From: Amphiscolops sp. MND2022
Lineage: Eukaryota
Assembly (NCBI GenBank): GCA_964187785.1
Contig: OZ076409.1
Span: 70,124,001 to 70,188,000, forward strand
Direction: 5' to 3'
DNA length: 64,000 nt
Part shown: positions 39,098 to 51,858 of the stretch, piece by piece
How the letters are laid out: the number at the start of each line of letters is the position of its first letter
How positions within the stretch are numbered: the first letter of the stretch is position 1
Translations under genes and position numbers: made by a program
Notes under the pieces: generated by a model
What the model was told of the DNA's origin: nothing
Databases searched by the model: none
Seen by the model: the letters and a program-made list of their open reading frames with translations, nothing else

Positions 39098-42000
39098 TCA
39101 TTCCTCGCTTTCTGACTCTGATAAGTTGCATCTACATGCAGTACCTTTGACTGAAACATCGGAAGCTACGATGCCCCGTTTTTTCGTGCGCCTGATCTGC
39201 TGGAAACTTGGCACCAAGTAACAAGCGTAAGCCGCCGACATAGCACCCACCAAACTTCCCGCCAAAACATCCGTGGGGTGATGTTTATTGTCACTCACCC
39301 TGCTAAGTCCAGTGAACAAGGCCAGAACTATAGCCACTAGACTGATTCCAGGTATTACAATCCGGAGTGTCCGGATGATAAACCCGCGTTTGTGGAGGTA
39401 GAAGATCAGGAAGCAGGCACAATAGAATGCCAGAGACGAGTGTCCAGAGGGAAAGGAAAGCCGTGCTTCCCTAACTGCTAAAGCGTCTCCAGTGCAGACA
39501 TCTTGGGTGATGTAGCCAGCAGAACAGTTCAGGGTCCTAAAGTTGGGTTGGCATACGCTGAGGAAGTGAGGCCGGAGTCGACCTGAAACATATTCGCTTG
39601 ATCTCATTTCAGCTGAACATTCAATAACGGCCTCCATTTAGTGTCCCAAGTATTGTAGAGATACATTAGCCTGGGCTTCCAAGAATCGATTGTTTCAAAT
39701 GATCTTTGAAGGTCCTTGAATGAATTAAATTTCCGTGAAGAATCCTTCGAGGTCAAACAAACCTTCAAAGGTGTTTGAAAGGAACTTCGAACGAATGAAT
39801 TTTTCCTTGAACAATGTCAAGAAAAAATTATTATGTAGTCTCTGCAAAAAATGAAGATTCAAATGTTGATAACTCAGCAAATAATGAAGACTCAAGTGCA
39901 GCATAGTATCTGCAGATTCATGTTCTCTAGGTTTTTTCAACAGCGTGTCAATCATTTCTTCACATTTTGCGAAGGTTGAGAAAAAACATATGGGGGCAGA
40001 AAAAAAATCATTGCCAAGTAGCACAAAGTACAATGTGACTTTTTCAATCAACAAAAGTATACTACTCCACTCCGCACCTCTGAATGCGTCCAGTGTATTA
40101 GGCTGAACTGATGAGGAAGTCGTCAAGCAGCAATTACAGAAAAGTCTGCCACCGAACAAAATGAACAAAAATTTGCTGTTTATCCCGACATTAGGTCCTT
40201 CAACAGATAATGCATTATCTTCAAAGGTATTGCAAGGAATTCCTTGGACGATTTTTGAATGAGTCCGTTCTTGAGAACCTAGATTTTTGAATCATGTCGG
40301 GAATGCTCAAATAAATCCAAATGGACACTTTTACAATTTGTATTTGTGTAACCAACTTGAGAAAGCAGATTGACTGAAGGGGGAATTTTTGGATGCGGTC
40401 AGCATAAGCAACTGTTCACGACAGTTTTATTGGACGTTGTATTGTAACAAGCCAGGAACAAGAGCCCCGCTTAAGGCTCAAAAAGACCAAAGTCTCTTGA
40501 ATATACAAAAGAAAAACCACTGTGAAAATTCAAAGGAGCAGTGCCAAAATTACTCGAAGAAATACCCGCCACACTTGAAAACTGCTTTTTTTTCCTAACT
40601 GAAAACATCTGAAAACTTGAAAAACCTCAATTTCCAAAAATTGAATTTTGCTAGGAAAAATTTTTCCAAAAGAAGTGACATAGTACTGAATAACACAAAA
40701 GGAGACCAATTATTATCGAAAAACGCATTTTCCAAAGCGAAAAGATTAAATGGAGCGAAGTAAAACATTCAATGAAATGTGAAATGAACACGTTTCTAAA
40801 GTTTCTAAAGAAGTCGCACAGTACCAAAAAAAACCAACGGGATATTTCTGGTCTTATTCACCTTTTCGCAAATAAAAAACTTCAAGTAGTTGTTAAGTCA
40901 AATGGCGTGAAAACAAAACGAAACGAAATTGGAGAAACATTTATGAAACCTGTGAGTTCACTGGTTTTACAAACAGAATAAGCATTTTCACTAGTAGAAA
41001 ATTAAGTTTTACTGGTACCCAAAATTGAATTTATCCGAACTGTTTTAGCCAGAAATTGATTGCGATAAGGCCTTTCATGTAAGCTTCATGGAATTTCATA
41101 TTTTAAATTTCATGAGACATCACTTCTTTGACAGCAAATTTCTGAACTGCAAAAATGCGGAAATAATATTTTTTAATTAGCATAGATGTCACACAAATCG
41201 AAAACCGATATCGTACTAACAAGAGAATACAACCTATACCATCATAAAGGAGTGCCAAATTGCAAAGGGAAACAAACCGAGACAAGCCCAAGTCGGCGCC
41301 CTGCTCAAGTTTCAAAAAACCAAGTTAAAATTTTATCAATTTCTCAGTGCCAAAAAATATCCCAAGAGATTCGCATAGGGCTCGAAACCAACTGTCTACC
41401 CCACTGCAAGCAACAGAAAACACACTTAATTTGAATATTTTTTCTTGTAAAAAGTATGAAAGTGTCGAACTTTCATGGGGACACTATTGAGAAAACTATC
41501 AAATTTACAGTACCAAAAACACCTGAAGGGATAACCATAAGGCTCGAGAACAGCTCGAAACATTAAAAAATGGATTGAGTTTTTTTTTCAATTCAGTTTC
41601 TGAACAAGTTTGGTTGAGTTGAAAAAAACTAAAGTCTCACAATACTGACCTCTTTGACTTCCAAAGCTTCTGCATCAATTATAATATTCTTAAAAGTCGA
41701 AAGTGGGACTATTGACGATAACGAACTCAAGAGAAAGAAGAGAATTCAGTAACAACTGTGAATTAGTACAGAATCTGATGTTATGGCAGTTGATGTTATT
41801 TTGCCACTTTGGCTAGGTTTGGCAGGTTGTTATTATTACGTAATTTAATTATTTTCACACATTTGTTTTCTCAGCAATTAAGCAATTAAGTTCAGTATTC
41901 TAGACTCTACTACACTTCCCTCTTTTATTGGTTAAGTATGGGGGGTTGTTATGACTTCAATAGATATCAATTTACTTCACAAGAATTTGGTTCAGATCGT

Positions 42001-45000
42001 GATTGGTTCCTGTATTAGCCAATAAGTTTATAGTAATAATTTACAGTGTTACTCAATGTTTAACTTTAATAAATATAATAACAATAATAACTAAAATCAT
42101 CAATTATGTTTCTACAACACAATTATAGCAAACGTAGGATAACGTACGGGTTAATTCAATTGGGGTGAATAATACTAGGGTTTTGAATTAACTCAACAAT
42201 TTAGTCTAGCAACAGAACAGTGTTTGTTTATCGGTTTTTGTTTATTTGTTTTCAGGTGGTTCTATTTCGAACACACTTGGGAGACTCTCTTCAGTGCATG
42301 AATCTGGTTCCACTTTAGTCACCATTATGTTGTTACCCAGCCAGTTAAGTTTTTTGTGGTTTCTTGTTTAGCTTCGAGTTGGTTATTTCTCCTTTTCCCA
42401 TTTTACATTTCCTTTTTTGGGTGCTTTCTTGATTGTCCAACATTTCTTCTTTTTCTGATTCTTCTTCTATTTCACTTTTTGATTCTTTGATTTGGATTGG
42501 ACTGTTTGTTCGGGGCTCACTTCTCATTCTTTTTCATCTTGTACTACATTTTTTTCTTCTTCCGATTGTTGTTCTATGTGTGGCGTTTGTTCTTTTTGTG
42601 GCATTTTTGGAATTTGTCCCATTTCGGAGCTGCTTGTCGATTCCCGCCAAAATAGTTGAATTGGCTTTTCAGGCTTTTCTTGAATTTTCGATTTCTTTTT
42701 GGCAGTTTCCTTCTTGGCGGAGTTTGCACTTTGTCCCATTTTGGCTACATCGTTCTTTGAGTAGGTTGTTTTCTTACCTACTTTGGGTAGCACAGCTATC
42801 GTGTGTTCGCTTTGTTTGATTACTTGGCCTTTTATCTTTTTGAAGTTTCCTTCAAGTTTCGTTCCCTTTACTCTTTCTCGAACGAGAATTGTTGAGTCGG
42901 CCTCCTCACTGAAGTCTTCCGGCTCGATCTGGAGTTGAGGATCTGTCTTTAAAAAACACTTTCTGATCATAGCCGACTTTAGTGTGTTTGGTTTTCTACC
43001 CATTTGTCTTTTGTAAGCCGATGTGTTGTCTACCCCTTTTTCCGTTCTTAGTGCAAATAGTATGTTTGACAATCCCGATGTATCCTTTTGGACTACTATT
43101 TTTTTATTTGTTCTAAGTCTTTCGTTCAATGTTCTGATCTTGCTTTCTTTTTTCCCATTACCCCGATGGTCTCGAATGGGGCAGATTACATGTTGGATAA
43201 ATCTTTCTTTACAAAACTGCTGAAATTTTTCTCCCTTGAACACTGTCCCCGGATCTGTTCTAATCCTTTTTGGGATTCCATTAGTTGCTATATATTCTAG
43301 TAAAAATTCTACGACTTTCTCTGTCGAAGGGTTAGGTAAAAACATTGCATCTGGCCATCCTGAATTGTTATCTACTGATACTAGTAAATATTTCTTCTGT
43401 TTATATGCATTTTGAAATGGTCCTGCAAAATCTAATGAGATTTCATCATTTGGGTAATTGCTTCAGGTATTTTTCCAAATTCTTTTTGACTGTTTATACA
43501 TTTAAAGTTCTTACCTGCTTTCTGGCTTTCAGCGCAGTTTCGTGCCTTTTCTACAATCTCACGGTGTATTCTGGGCCACCACACGTCCGATGCCTCCCGT
43601 AACATGGCATCTCTGCCGGCGTGCCCGAAGTGTATGGCCCTTAGTACGTTTTCGCGCATGTCTTCCGGAAGTACCAGCCGTTGATCCATGTATTATAAGT
43701 TTTTCGAATCCAGGCTAAATGAGTTGAATTTCTCTCTCCAAGGGGGAGGTAAACGAGAGATCACTGCCAGATTTTTGTCTTTAATTACTCGAATAATTTT
43801 TTGGATGTTGCGGTCGTTCTCGTAATTTGCTTGGACGTAATTTTGACTACTTTTTGATTTTGACAAGTCTTTTGCTTCTGCCATTTTATCGTTTACTGGC
43901 ACTTCTACGTTTTGTTTGCTAATAGCACTCGACAGTGTAGGCGTATGAACTGTCAACACACTATCGTTCACGCTTACGTTTTTTTTGCTTTCAATCTTGA
44001 TTCTGATTGATTCATTGTTATTGGCCAGTTTTCTATTCAATGGCGGAACGATTTCATCTACTACGTTTATTGTAAAACAGCTGTTAAACATTTCTTCCAC
44101 TTTTACTGATGATTCACAATATTCGGACGGGTGTCGTGAAAGGTAATCGACTAATCCTGTCGTTCTACCCGGTGCGTGTTTTACTGAAAAGTCGAATGGA
44201 AGTAGTCTGTCTACCCACCTGGTTAGCCTACTTGAAAAGGTTTTATTTCCTTTATTCGCTTTTAATACACTCTGTAAGGCTTTGTGATCTGACACTACTC
44301 CAAACTTTTCATCGTAGACGTAATTTTTAAAATGTTCAATTGCCCAAACTACTGCGAGTAGTTCTAATTCATTAATTGAATACTTCGCTTCAAGTTCCGT
44401 TAAAAACCTTGATGCATACGAAATTGGCTTCCAGCCCATATCTTTTTTTTGTTGAAGAACCGCTCCTAGTCCTTGTTTACTCGCATCCATCGCAGATTAT
44501 TCGCAGTGGTTTTTTCTTTTTGAAATGTGTTAATTCCGCAACTTTTTTCACTTCTTCATTTACTTTTTTGAACGCCGGTTCATGCTCTCCATTCCAATTC
44601 CATTCTGCGTCTCTTTTTAAAATTGATCTAAACGGAAAACAAATAGTAACTAAGTCTGGAACAAATCAATTAAATTGGTTTACCGCACCCAAAAATGATC
44701 TCAGTTCTTTCAAATTGGTTGGTCTGAGTTTATCGGAAATCCCTTGTACCTTTGTATTAATTGGCGAAAGGCCTGAACTCGTCAATTTGAGTCCCAACCA
44801 CTCTATTTCTTGTTTTGCAAAACTGCATTTTCCCGCCTTTAATTGTAATTTGGCTTCATTCATTGCTTTTAGTGTTTTCCGCACTTTGTTTAAATGTTCG
44901 TTCTTGGTTCCCTTGGTTACTATTAAAATGTCGTCGATAAAAACAAATACTTCTCTAAATCTAGCTAATAGTAAATCCATTACTTTTTGAAAATCTGTCG

Positions 45001-48000
45001 GCATAACCGTCAGACCGGAAAAACCTGTAACAAATCTGTATGTTCCCGTGGATTCGCCTCCAATAAATTGAAAATTACAGTGTTTCGCCGTTAATGGGTG
45101 CAAAAGAACTTGACCGTATGCGTAGGTCATATCTACGGACGAGTAAAATGCCTCTCCGTTTTCGTTATCAAGTCTTTCTGCTACCATATCTAGTAAATTG
45201 TCTAGATTTGGCATTTGATATTTATCTTCATCAATCGCTTGGTTTAGCGCTCTAGCGTCTAGTGCAATTTTCACTGAACGGTCTTTCTTTACCGTGATCA
45301 CCGTTGGTTGTATAAAGACATCATTTTAATTTTCTCGATATGGCCGTCTTTCAGTAATCGTTTTATTTCCGCGTCTACTGCATTTTGTAGTTGTATTGGA
45401 AATCGCCTTCCTTTCTGCTGAAAAATTTTTGCATCTGATTTTAGATTGAATTTTACTTGGTGGTTTTTTATTCTTCCGTTTCTTTTGAACAAATCTGGGA
45501 ATTCGTTACTTAGTTGTTTTGCTTCTGCACTTAGTTCCTCGTCTTTTTCTACTGAATTAACTTCTAACTCACCATCATTCACTGGTGTAAATCTGTATCT
45601 CAACGTAGAGAGCCACTCTCGACCAACAATGGACTTTGTTCCCTTTTTGGCAATTAGAATTCTCGCCTTCTTAATGTACTTATTGCTCACTTGTTGTTCG
45701 CAAAATCCATATCCCAGTAGATTTAATGGTTTCCCATTAAAATCCACGTACTTCTCTCCTTCAATCATTTCGCGCACGGGAAGGGTTTCTTTTTTCATGA
45801 TCTGCTTTATTTCGTCCAGTGCAAAAAATTTGACAGGAGATCCTGAATCGATCATCGTTTTGAATTTGTTTCCATTGATGAATCCTTCATATAATATGGT
45901 TTCGTATTTTCGTCTCCTTCGACGTTTAAAACCATTATGTTTTCATCGTCTTCATCCTCCTGATCGACTAATTGTACGCGGCGGTTTGTTTGCTCACTGC
46001 TGCCACTTGCTTTGAATTGGCCATTTTGTTGAAATTTGTCTTTCTTCTTTTGATTACAAACTTTCTCCAAATGTCCTTTTCTACCGCAGTAATTACACAT
46101 CGCTTTTGGTCCTTTGCAGAACTTTAGATGTTCCATTGTAAAGTTTCCAGCGCCACATCTCCAACCCTCACTTGTATTGAAGCTGCTCCCACTGACTGCA
46201 CAGACTGGTTCTTCTTTTATCTTGGGCTCTTGTCCAATGTATCCATATGTCTTCTGTCTTTTTAGCCCATCTTCAAAAGCGATTGCGAATTGGAGAGCCT
46301 CTGCTGGAGTATCTTTTGGCTCTGTGCAAAGCTTTTCTTGAACCAGTTTATTTGACATATTGAGAACGAAAATGTCATAGACTAAGCCTTCTGTCTGGTT
46401 GCCAAAATTACATTTAGCCGCCAATCCATTTAAAGCATTCCAGAACTGGTGAAGGGATTCATTCGGCTTCTGCTTTCTTGACAAAAAAGTATGTCTATCC
46501 ATGGTTCTATTTCTCCGCGTTTGGAAGCATTCGTTACAATGTTGCAGGAATTGAGGTAAATGAATAAGCAAGATGTTAATTCGAGGGAATTTGTCCATGA
46601 TCATTTTTCTGCCATTTTTGCCAAGAGAAATGTACAGTAAGCTTACTATCTTTCTTGCAGCCGCATTTTCTTCCAGGTTTCCCATCAGTGCTGGAACACG
46701 AGGGTTTTGTTCATCCGCAGTCCCGGTGATTTCGGTTACAGCAATTGAGTGTCGAGCCAATACTGCAACTTCGAATAATTGCTGCCATTGCTCCCATTCG
46801 TAAGAGGGTTCTTTCTCAGCCTCTTGCCAAAAATAGTTCGGGCCTGGTACCGGTGAATTAGAAGCTTCATCATCAGTAGCTCGCAGCGCCATGTTGACGA
46901 TAACGAACTCAAGAAAAAGAAGAGAATTCAGTAACAACTGTGAATTAGTACAGAATCTGATGTCATGGCAGTTGATGTTATTATGCCACTTTGGCTAGGT
47001 TTGGCAGGTTGTTATTATTACGTAATTAAATTATTTTCACACATTTGTTTTCTCAGCAATTAAGCAATTAAGTTCAGTATTCTAGACTCTACTACATTTG
47101 TAACATTTGTACTACTACCTTTTGTAACATTTAAAAATTCAAAAAGAAAGGTTATTTCCAGTATTCGTTATATGCGCTTTGCGTCAAATCCGGTATGGGT
47201 TACGTTAATGTCGAAGGAGACTCCTTTACAGCTCAATTGTAGCAAGTAGACAGCCAAAAAGGACTTTGCCAAAACTGAAGAACTTTTGGTAGAACTATTT
47301 TGGACAGTTCAGGTGTCACGGTAACTAAGAAAAACTGACGAAAAGCAGTCAAAGTGTTCTTTTAGACAGCGCCCGAATTTTTTTTGAAAAAAGTCCGACA
47401 ATGCCGAAAAAGCTGAAAGCGGGGCCCTTTGCGATTTTCTTTATTCTTTCTGGTGCAAAACGGGAAACCTGGTGTTACGCGGGAAACCTTTTTGGTTCAG
47501 TTCCTTGGGACAACAGGTTCAATTTGGCGTCTTCTTTGTAGAAGTTTGTAGAAGCATTTTGTAGAACTTTTGGTAGATCTATTTTGGTCACTTCAGGTGT
47601 ATCGAAAAAAAACACTGACGAAAAGCCGTGACTTCAAGAAAAGCGCTGACTAAAAAAATAGCACAGACTTACAGCGAGTTTTGAAAGTTGAAACTATTGG
47701 AGAATTATCTGCAAGTAAATGTGGATGAATGCGCCTTCTGCTACATTTCGGTAATATTTAAACGTTTCGACTAAAATTACGGCTACCTCTAGAGTTTCAT
47801 CTCTAATTCAATTGAACAACTGCTCAACTAGCCATTGATCAACAAGAAGCCCGCTAAGCGGGATATTTTCCGCATAAGTAAGTGAAATAAATATTCAAGT
47901 AACTAAAATAGTCAAGTGAAGTGGATGGAGATTGTGGAAATTTGGCAGAATTTGGAAAAAACGCAACACAAATCATGATTTTCCTCCCCCATTATATAAG

Positions 48001-50904
48001 GGCGGAAAATAATTAGAAGACTATCAGTTTCGGAGTGTCATTTGTACTATTCGTAGTTGAATCAATTTTGTTCTATCTTATCTATGAGGTGACCCACAAA
48101 AACAGTTCACGTTACTTTTTGCCCAAATCGAAAGTCCAAATATTGGTAACAAAACATCAGAATGCATCTGGGAACGAAGTGTTAGTCTGAACTGAGCTGT
48201 CAATCAAAAAGAGTGAAAAGAGTTTTAGATCTGCAGGTGACCAAAAACGTGAGTTTTGAATGGCAATTTCTTGATTTAGGTTTGATGCACCAGCCAAATT
48301 CATGTAGGCCTAATGTCCTAGAAAAGAACGGAAGTTCTTGCTCTCAGAGAATGTAGGTACGAGACACTTTTAACGTAATGTCCTAGTCATTTTGAAATTG
48401 AAAATTAAAAGCATCATAAGACGCCCATAATGAAATGAAGCTATTGTAAAACACTCAATGAATCCTTAGTGTGCATTTCACAACATGAAAAACAAAACTT
48501 TCCCAAAAAAACTTTTTGTTAACGTTTTCTTTGGGCGCTCTCTTTCCAGAATAGTTGCTAAAAATAACCGGTAATGTTAATCTCGATAATGAGTTGTTTC
48601 AAACTTGCAAGACAAACTGCGAATTTTGCTTAACATTTTAAGGTTGAATTTTACGTTCATGTGGTTTATGAAATTTTAAATGGTGCTATATTACATTTTT
48701 GAATTTACCAATGGTGAATTTGCCGACGTCAGTGATGATCATGCTGGTGACGCCTCCGAAGAGGAAGGGGAGGCTGGAAGCGACAAGTGAGTAGAAGAAG
48801 TAGGAGGTCTTGTAGAGGAGTTTCCTGCTGCACTTAGAGCCTCGGGGGGCCCTCCAATACACAAAGACCAGAATCCACTCGACCAATAAGATGGCAGACA
48901 TGTTACACAGGTACCCGCAGAAGTACACCAGGGCTGCCGATACTGTGGACGAGTGATAGGGGTAACTGAAAACAAAGCGTACCTTCAATTGTGTGACGTC
49001 ACAACCATCGATTAGTAGCGTCACAACCTTCGATTGGGTGAAGTTCTGAAAATTCGAAAACTGAAAGATGATTTATTACATTGCTTCATTGCACTGTTTG
49101 GGGTGTGGGATTAGCTCGAGGCAGTCATTGCCAGGCTTGGTTATTATTTGCCTATTCTGAGTCTCGTGGAATCTTGTTTCGGAAATTTTGAATAGAATCA
49201 GTGTTTTTTCAATGCAAAGAAAAAATCTACGCTTGACTTAAGTTTGTCTTAAGTAAAAAAACTGACTCAACGCCTTAACCTCGATAGTGATTTCATCCTG
49301 AATTGGAACAGCATATTTTATATAAACAACATATTTATCAAAGACAAAAGGACATCTTGATTGTAGAAAAGTGACTTTTGGTAGAATGAAGCCTGCCATA
49401 TTTAGCGAGTAACGTCACGCCTAAGACATCCGCCATTTACTTCCGCCCAAGCATAATTACTGCTGTGGTTTTTTGCATGCATCTGGAAAGCTGCCGGGCG
49501 CCGAGTATTGTTAGAAAATGAAATTTGATTTGATTTGCAACCAACAATCTACATTTGAAAAAATATTTCACTCTCCACTGACGAAATTAGAATGTTAAAT
49601 CATAGTTCTTACGGTGTTTCTTACTAATGAAAAAATCTCTCGCAAAAATGACCCTCTATTTTTGAACTATTCAAAAGGAATTGGGAATAAACTGGAACCA
49701 AAATTGAAAAATACGAAATGTGTTCATGTAAGTTTTTCGAAAACAAGGAATGCCGAGTCACCCTAAACCAATGATACATTTAAAAAAACAAAGAAAATTT
49801 TTCAACAAACTGGATCTTTTCGTTGCTTCCATGATGCCATTTCTCCGTTTTTCTTTTCAAACAATTCTGTTCATAATGAGAAGTAACAATCCCGGTGCGT
49901 GAGGAGACGATATTTAAAATCTTATTTGAAGCTCAAAAAAGAACAGATACCTGATAGAGTTATCATTGCAGAAAAATCCCCGTTTGAACGGCTTGATTGC
50001 GCTTTTGAAGACTTTAGAAGTACCGAAAATGAAAAAGTAAGCAAACAAAGTCTGGAATATTTGGAATGGGCTGAAGTTTTGGAACTTGAGGAATTCTTGG
50101 TCCAACAAATTCAAGGTAGTCTCTGCATCCACGTTTGCGTCTGGGAAGACGTCATCATCGCTGAGGAAAGCATTGGACGTTGGGAAGTTGGAGGAACTGG
50201 AGTATTGAGGAGCTGCAATTTGACTGGGGATGTTTCATTAATTACTTTCCCTTGGATAAAGGAATGATGAGTTATTCAGGGTGAATTGAAACTCCTGACA
50301 ATAAAGGCAAAATGTTTATCAAAATTTCACAACATTTATAATGTAACATCTTGCAAAATCATGTTAAGAAATTTAAGAAAAGTGCCTTTTCTAGGCTAAA
50401 AATCTCGATAAAAAATGATTTCATTCATGAAAAATTTCGAGTAAGATTAAAAAGAAGCTGGAAAAGTACAAAATCCCACATCCCTCGTTATTTAATAGTT
50501 TATCATGTAAAACTCATATAACCGTTACTCTTAAAAAGAAAGTTTATTGAGAAAGGGCTTTTCGAAAATCTTTTCCTGTACTTAGATTTTGAATTCTTCA
50601 CAATTGGACATTCTATACAATTATGTGTTAATCATTTCCAGTATTCAAAGAGTTCAATCACGAAAATATAACACTTTTAAGCCATTACCACATTCTTTCA
50701 ATGCAAAGTTCTCCAGAACATTTCATGTTTCCAAAAATCAACTAAGTAAGTTCTAAAGCTAAGTATAGATAATAATTCTTCTTGTTTTGAAAAAAAGAAC
50801 ATCCCTGGTTGCGGATACCGTTGATTAAAAGCTGACGCTGCATACGGTGGCGACGGTCGTGTAAACCCGTATTGGGGCCCCGGGTATTGAGGACGGTAAT
50901 TCAT
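39098..50904 (-). CDS. PLPP: Phospholipid phosphatase (PAP2/PLPP1-3, wunen-like); exons 50904-50805, 50212-49951, 48965-48709, 39582-39098 (~367 aa)
   Basis: RGFFCNDNSI-SYPY, C1 KFTIGRLRPHF, C2 SFPSGH and C3 SRVSDNKHHPTD are all intact, with hydrophobic TM segments. Introns 2 and 3 are GT-AG with matching phases. The exon 1/2 junction is uncertain. Confidence 0.9.
42345..45855 (-). pseudogene. Pol (protease-RT-RNase H-integrase) of LTR element 1, frameshifted
   Basis: ORF fragments 45298-45855, 44666-45301, 43693-44490, 43432-43689 and 42524-43345 carry the successive domains. Confidence 0.9.
45852..46892 (-). pseudogene. Gag of LTR element 1
   Basis: Open frame MALRATDD... with RKQKPNES and tandem CCHC knuckles (first Cys changed to Gly); frameshift before the protease. 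Confidence 0.85.
47841..48011 (-). mobile_element. Minimal family F Helentron-like copy (171 bp)
   Basis: AACAAG end, hairpin CCCGC-TAA-GCGGG, perfect sub-TIR TATTTTCCGC/GCGGAAAATA. Confidence 0.6.
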
Positions 50905-51858
50905 ATCTTTTATAATACTAATAACCCTATAACCTAAAGCTAGTTATAATATTTAGATTCTAAGAAATGGAAGAAATCATGTGGATTCAGTTATGACTGA
51001 AGAAGTTGTGGTTTTATTCTATATTTTGTTTACATAACGATGTAAACAGACTTAATTGATCGTTTCAAGTACATGCCATGTTAGATGTCCGCTTCTTGAG
51101 CTGAAAAACTATAGTTTAATGGAAGCATGATTGAATGATACAGACAAATTCCTTAGGGAACTATTACGAAAGCTTCAAGACAAAACATTCGGTTCAGATT
51201 TTTTACGGGTCATTTCATTTAAATATATAAAATGTAAAACTATAGTAACTTGAAACACCAACGAAATTTTTTGTCTATTTTTGGCGAAATACAACTCAAT
51301 ATGCGATCATTTCCTGGGTAGTTGCAGACAGCAATACTTCAGGATACGGTGACCAAATATATTAGTCAAAGTGATGTTGTCCCTTTTTGAGGATTCTTCA
51401 AACACTTTTATGTTTTTTAGAATAATGAAATAGATACCAATTTCAGCTGGCTGATTGAATATTTGAATTTATGATTACCTACTATTAATAGAGAAAATTT
51501 AAAGTCGCAGGCTTTCTTTTTTAAACAAAAACTAGAAACTATTTTAGCAGAAACACTACAAAGGATATGAAAATGCGAAAAATTCCTTTTTTAACATGGC
51601 TTTGTGTATAAAAATTCGGCAGTTTTCGAAAACAACTTGAAATACTGTTAGAGTTGTGTGTGAAAAAAATTGAATCACAGAAGACACCACAAGGTAACTG
51701 TTTGGAAACACGTCAAGCACTTTAGATTGAAGAAATCGAATGAATTGTTTTGAGATCTACAGTTTTCTACAATAAAATGGTACGTTTGTTTTTTATGATG
51801 TCTTCAACTAGAATTCATAGAACACTTCACTGGCTATAGCCAATGAAGTGTTCACATA

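Larger units (their letters stand above)
41710..47096 (-). mobile_element. Gypsy (Mag-like) LTR retrotransposon, decayed, in PLPP intron 3
   Basis: 205-bp LTRs (41710-41914, 46892-47096; 5 differences by my count), PBS TGGCGCTGCGAGC, PPT AAAAGAGGGAAG. Domain order gag (double zinc knuckle, CNYCGRKGHLEKVC), protease DSGS, RT FIDD, RNase H DAS, integrase HFGH/RTDPG; several frameshifts. Confidence 0.95.

Noticed and set aside
39725..40445. 147-aa minus-strand ORF, or plus-strand transposase relic (KSLPPN, Cys-rich tail)
   Set aside because: The ORF has no recognisable motif, and the relic is too degraded to assign without a search.
42433..46803. Plus-strand ORFs over LTR element 1 (e.g. 44376-44990, 45446-46015)
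   Set aside because: Antisense shadows of gag-pol.
48966..49045. Extra PLPP exon separated by a 17-nt intron
   Set aside because: The intron is too short, and exon 2 already joins 48965 in phase to give the conserved NSI-S-YPY.
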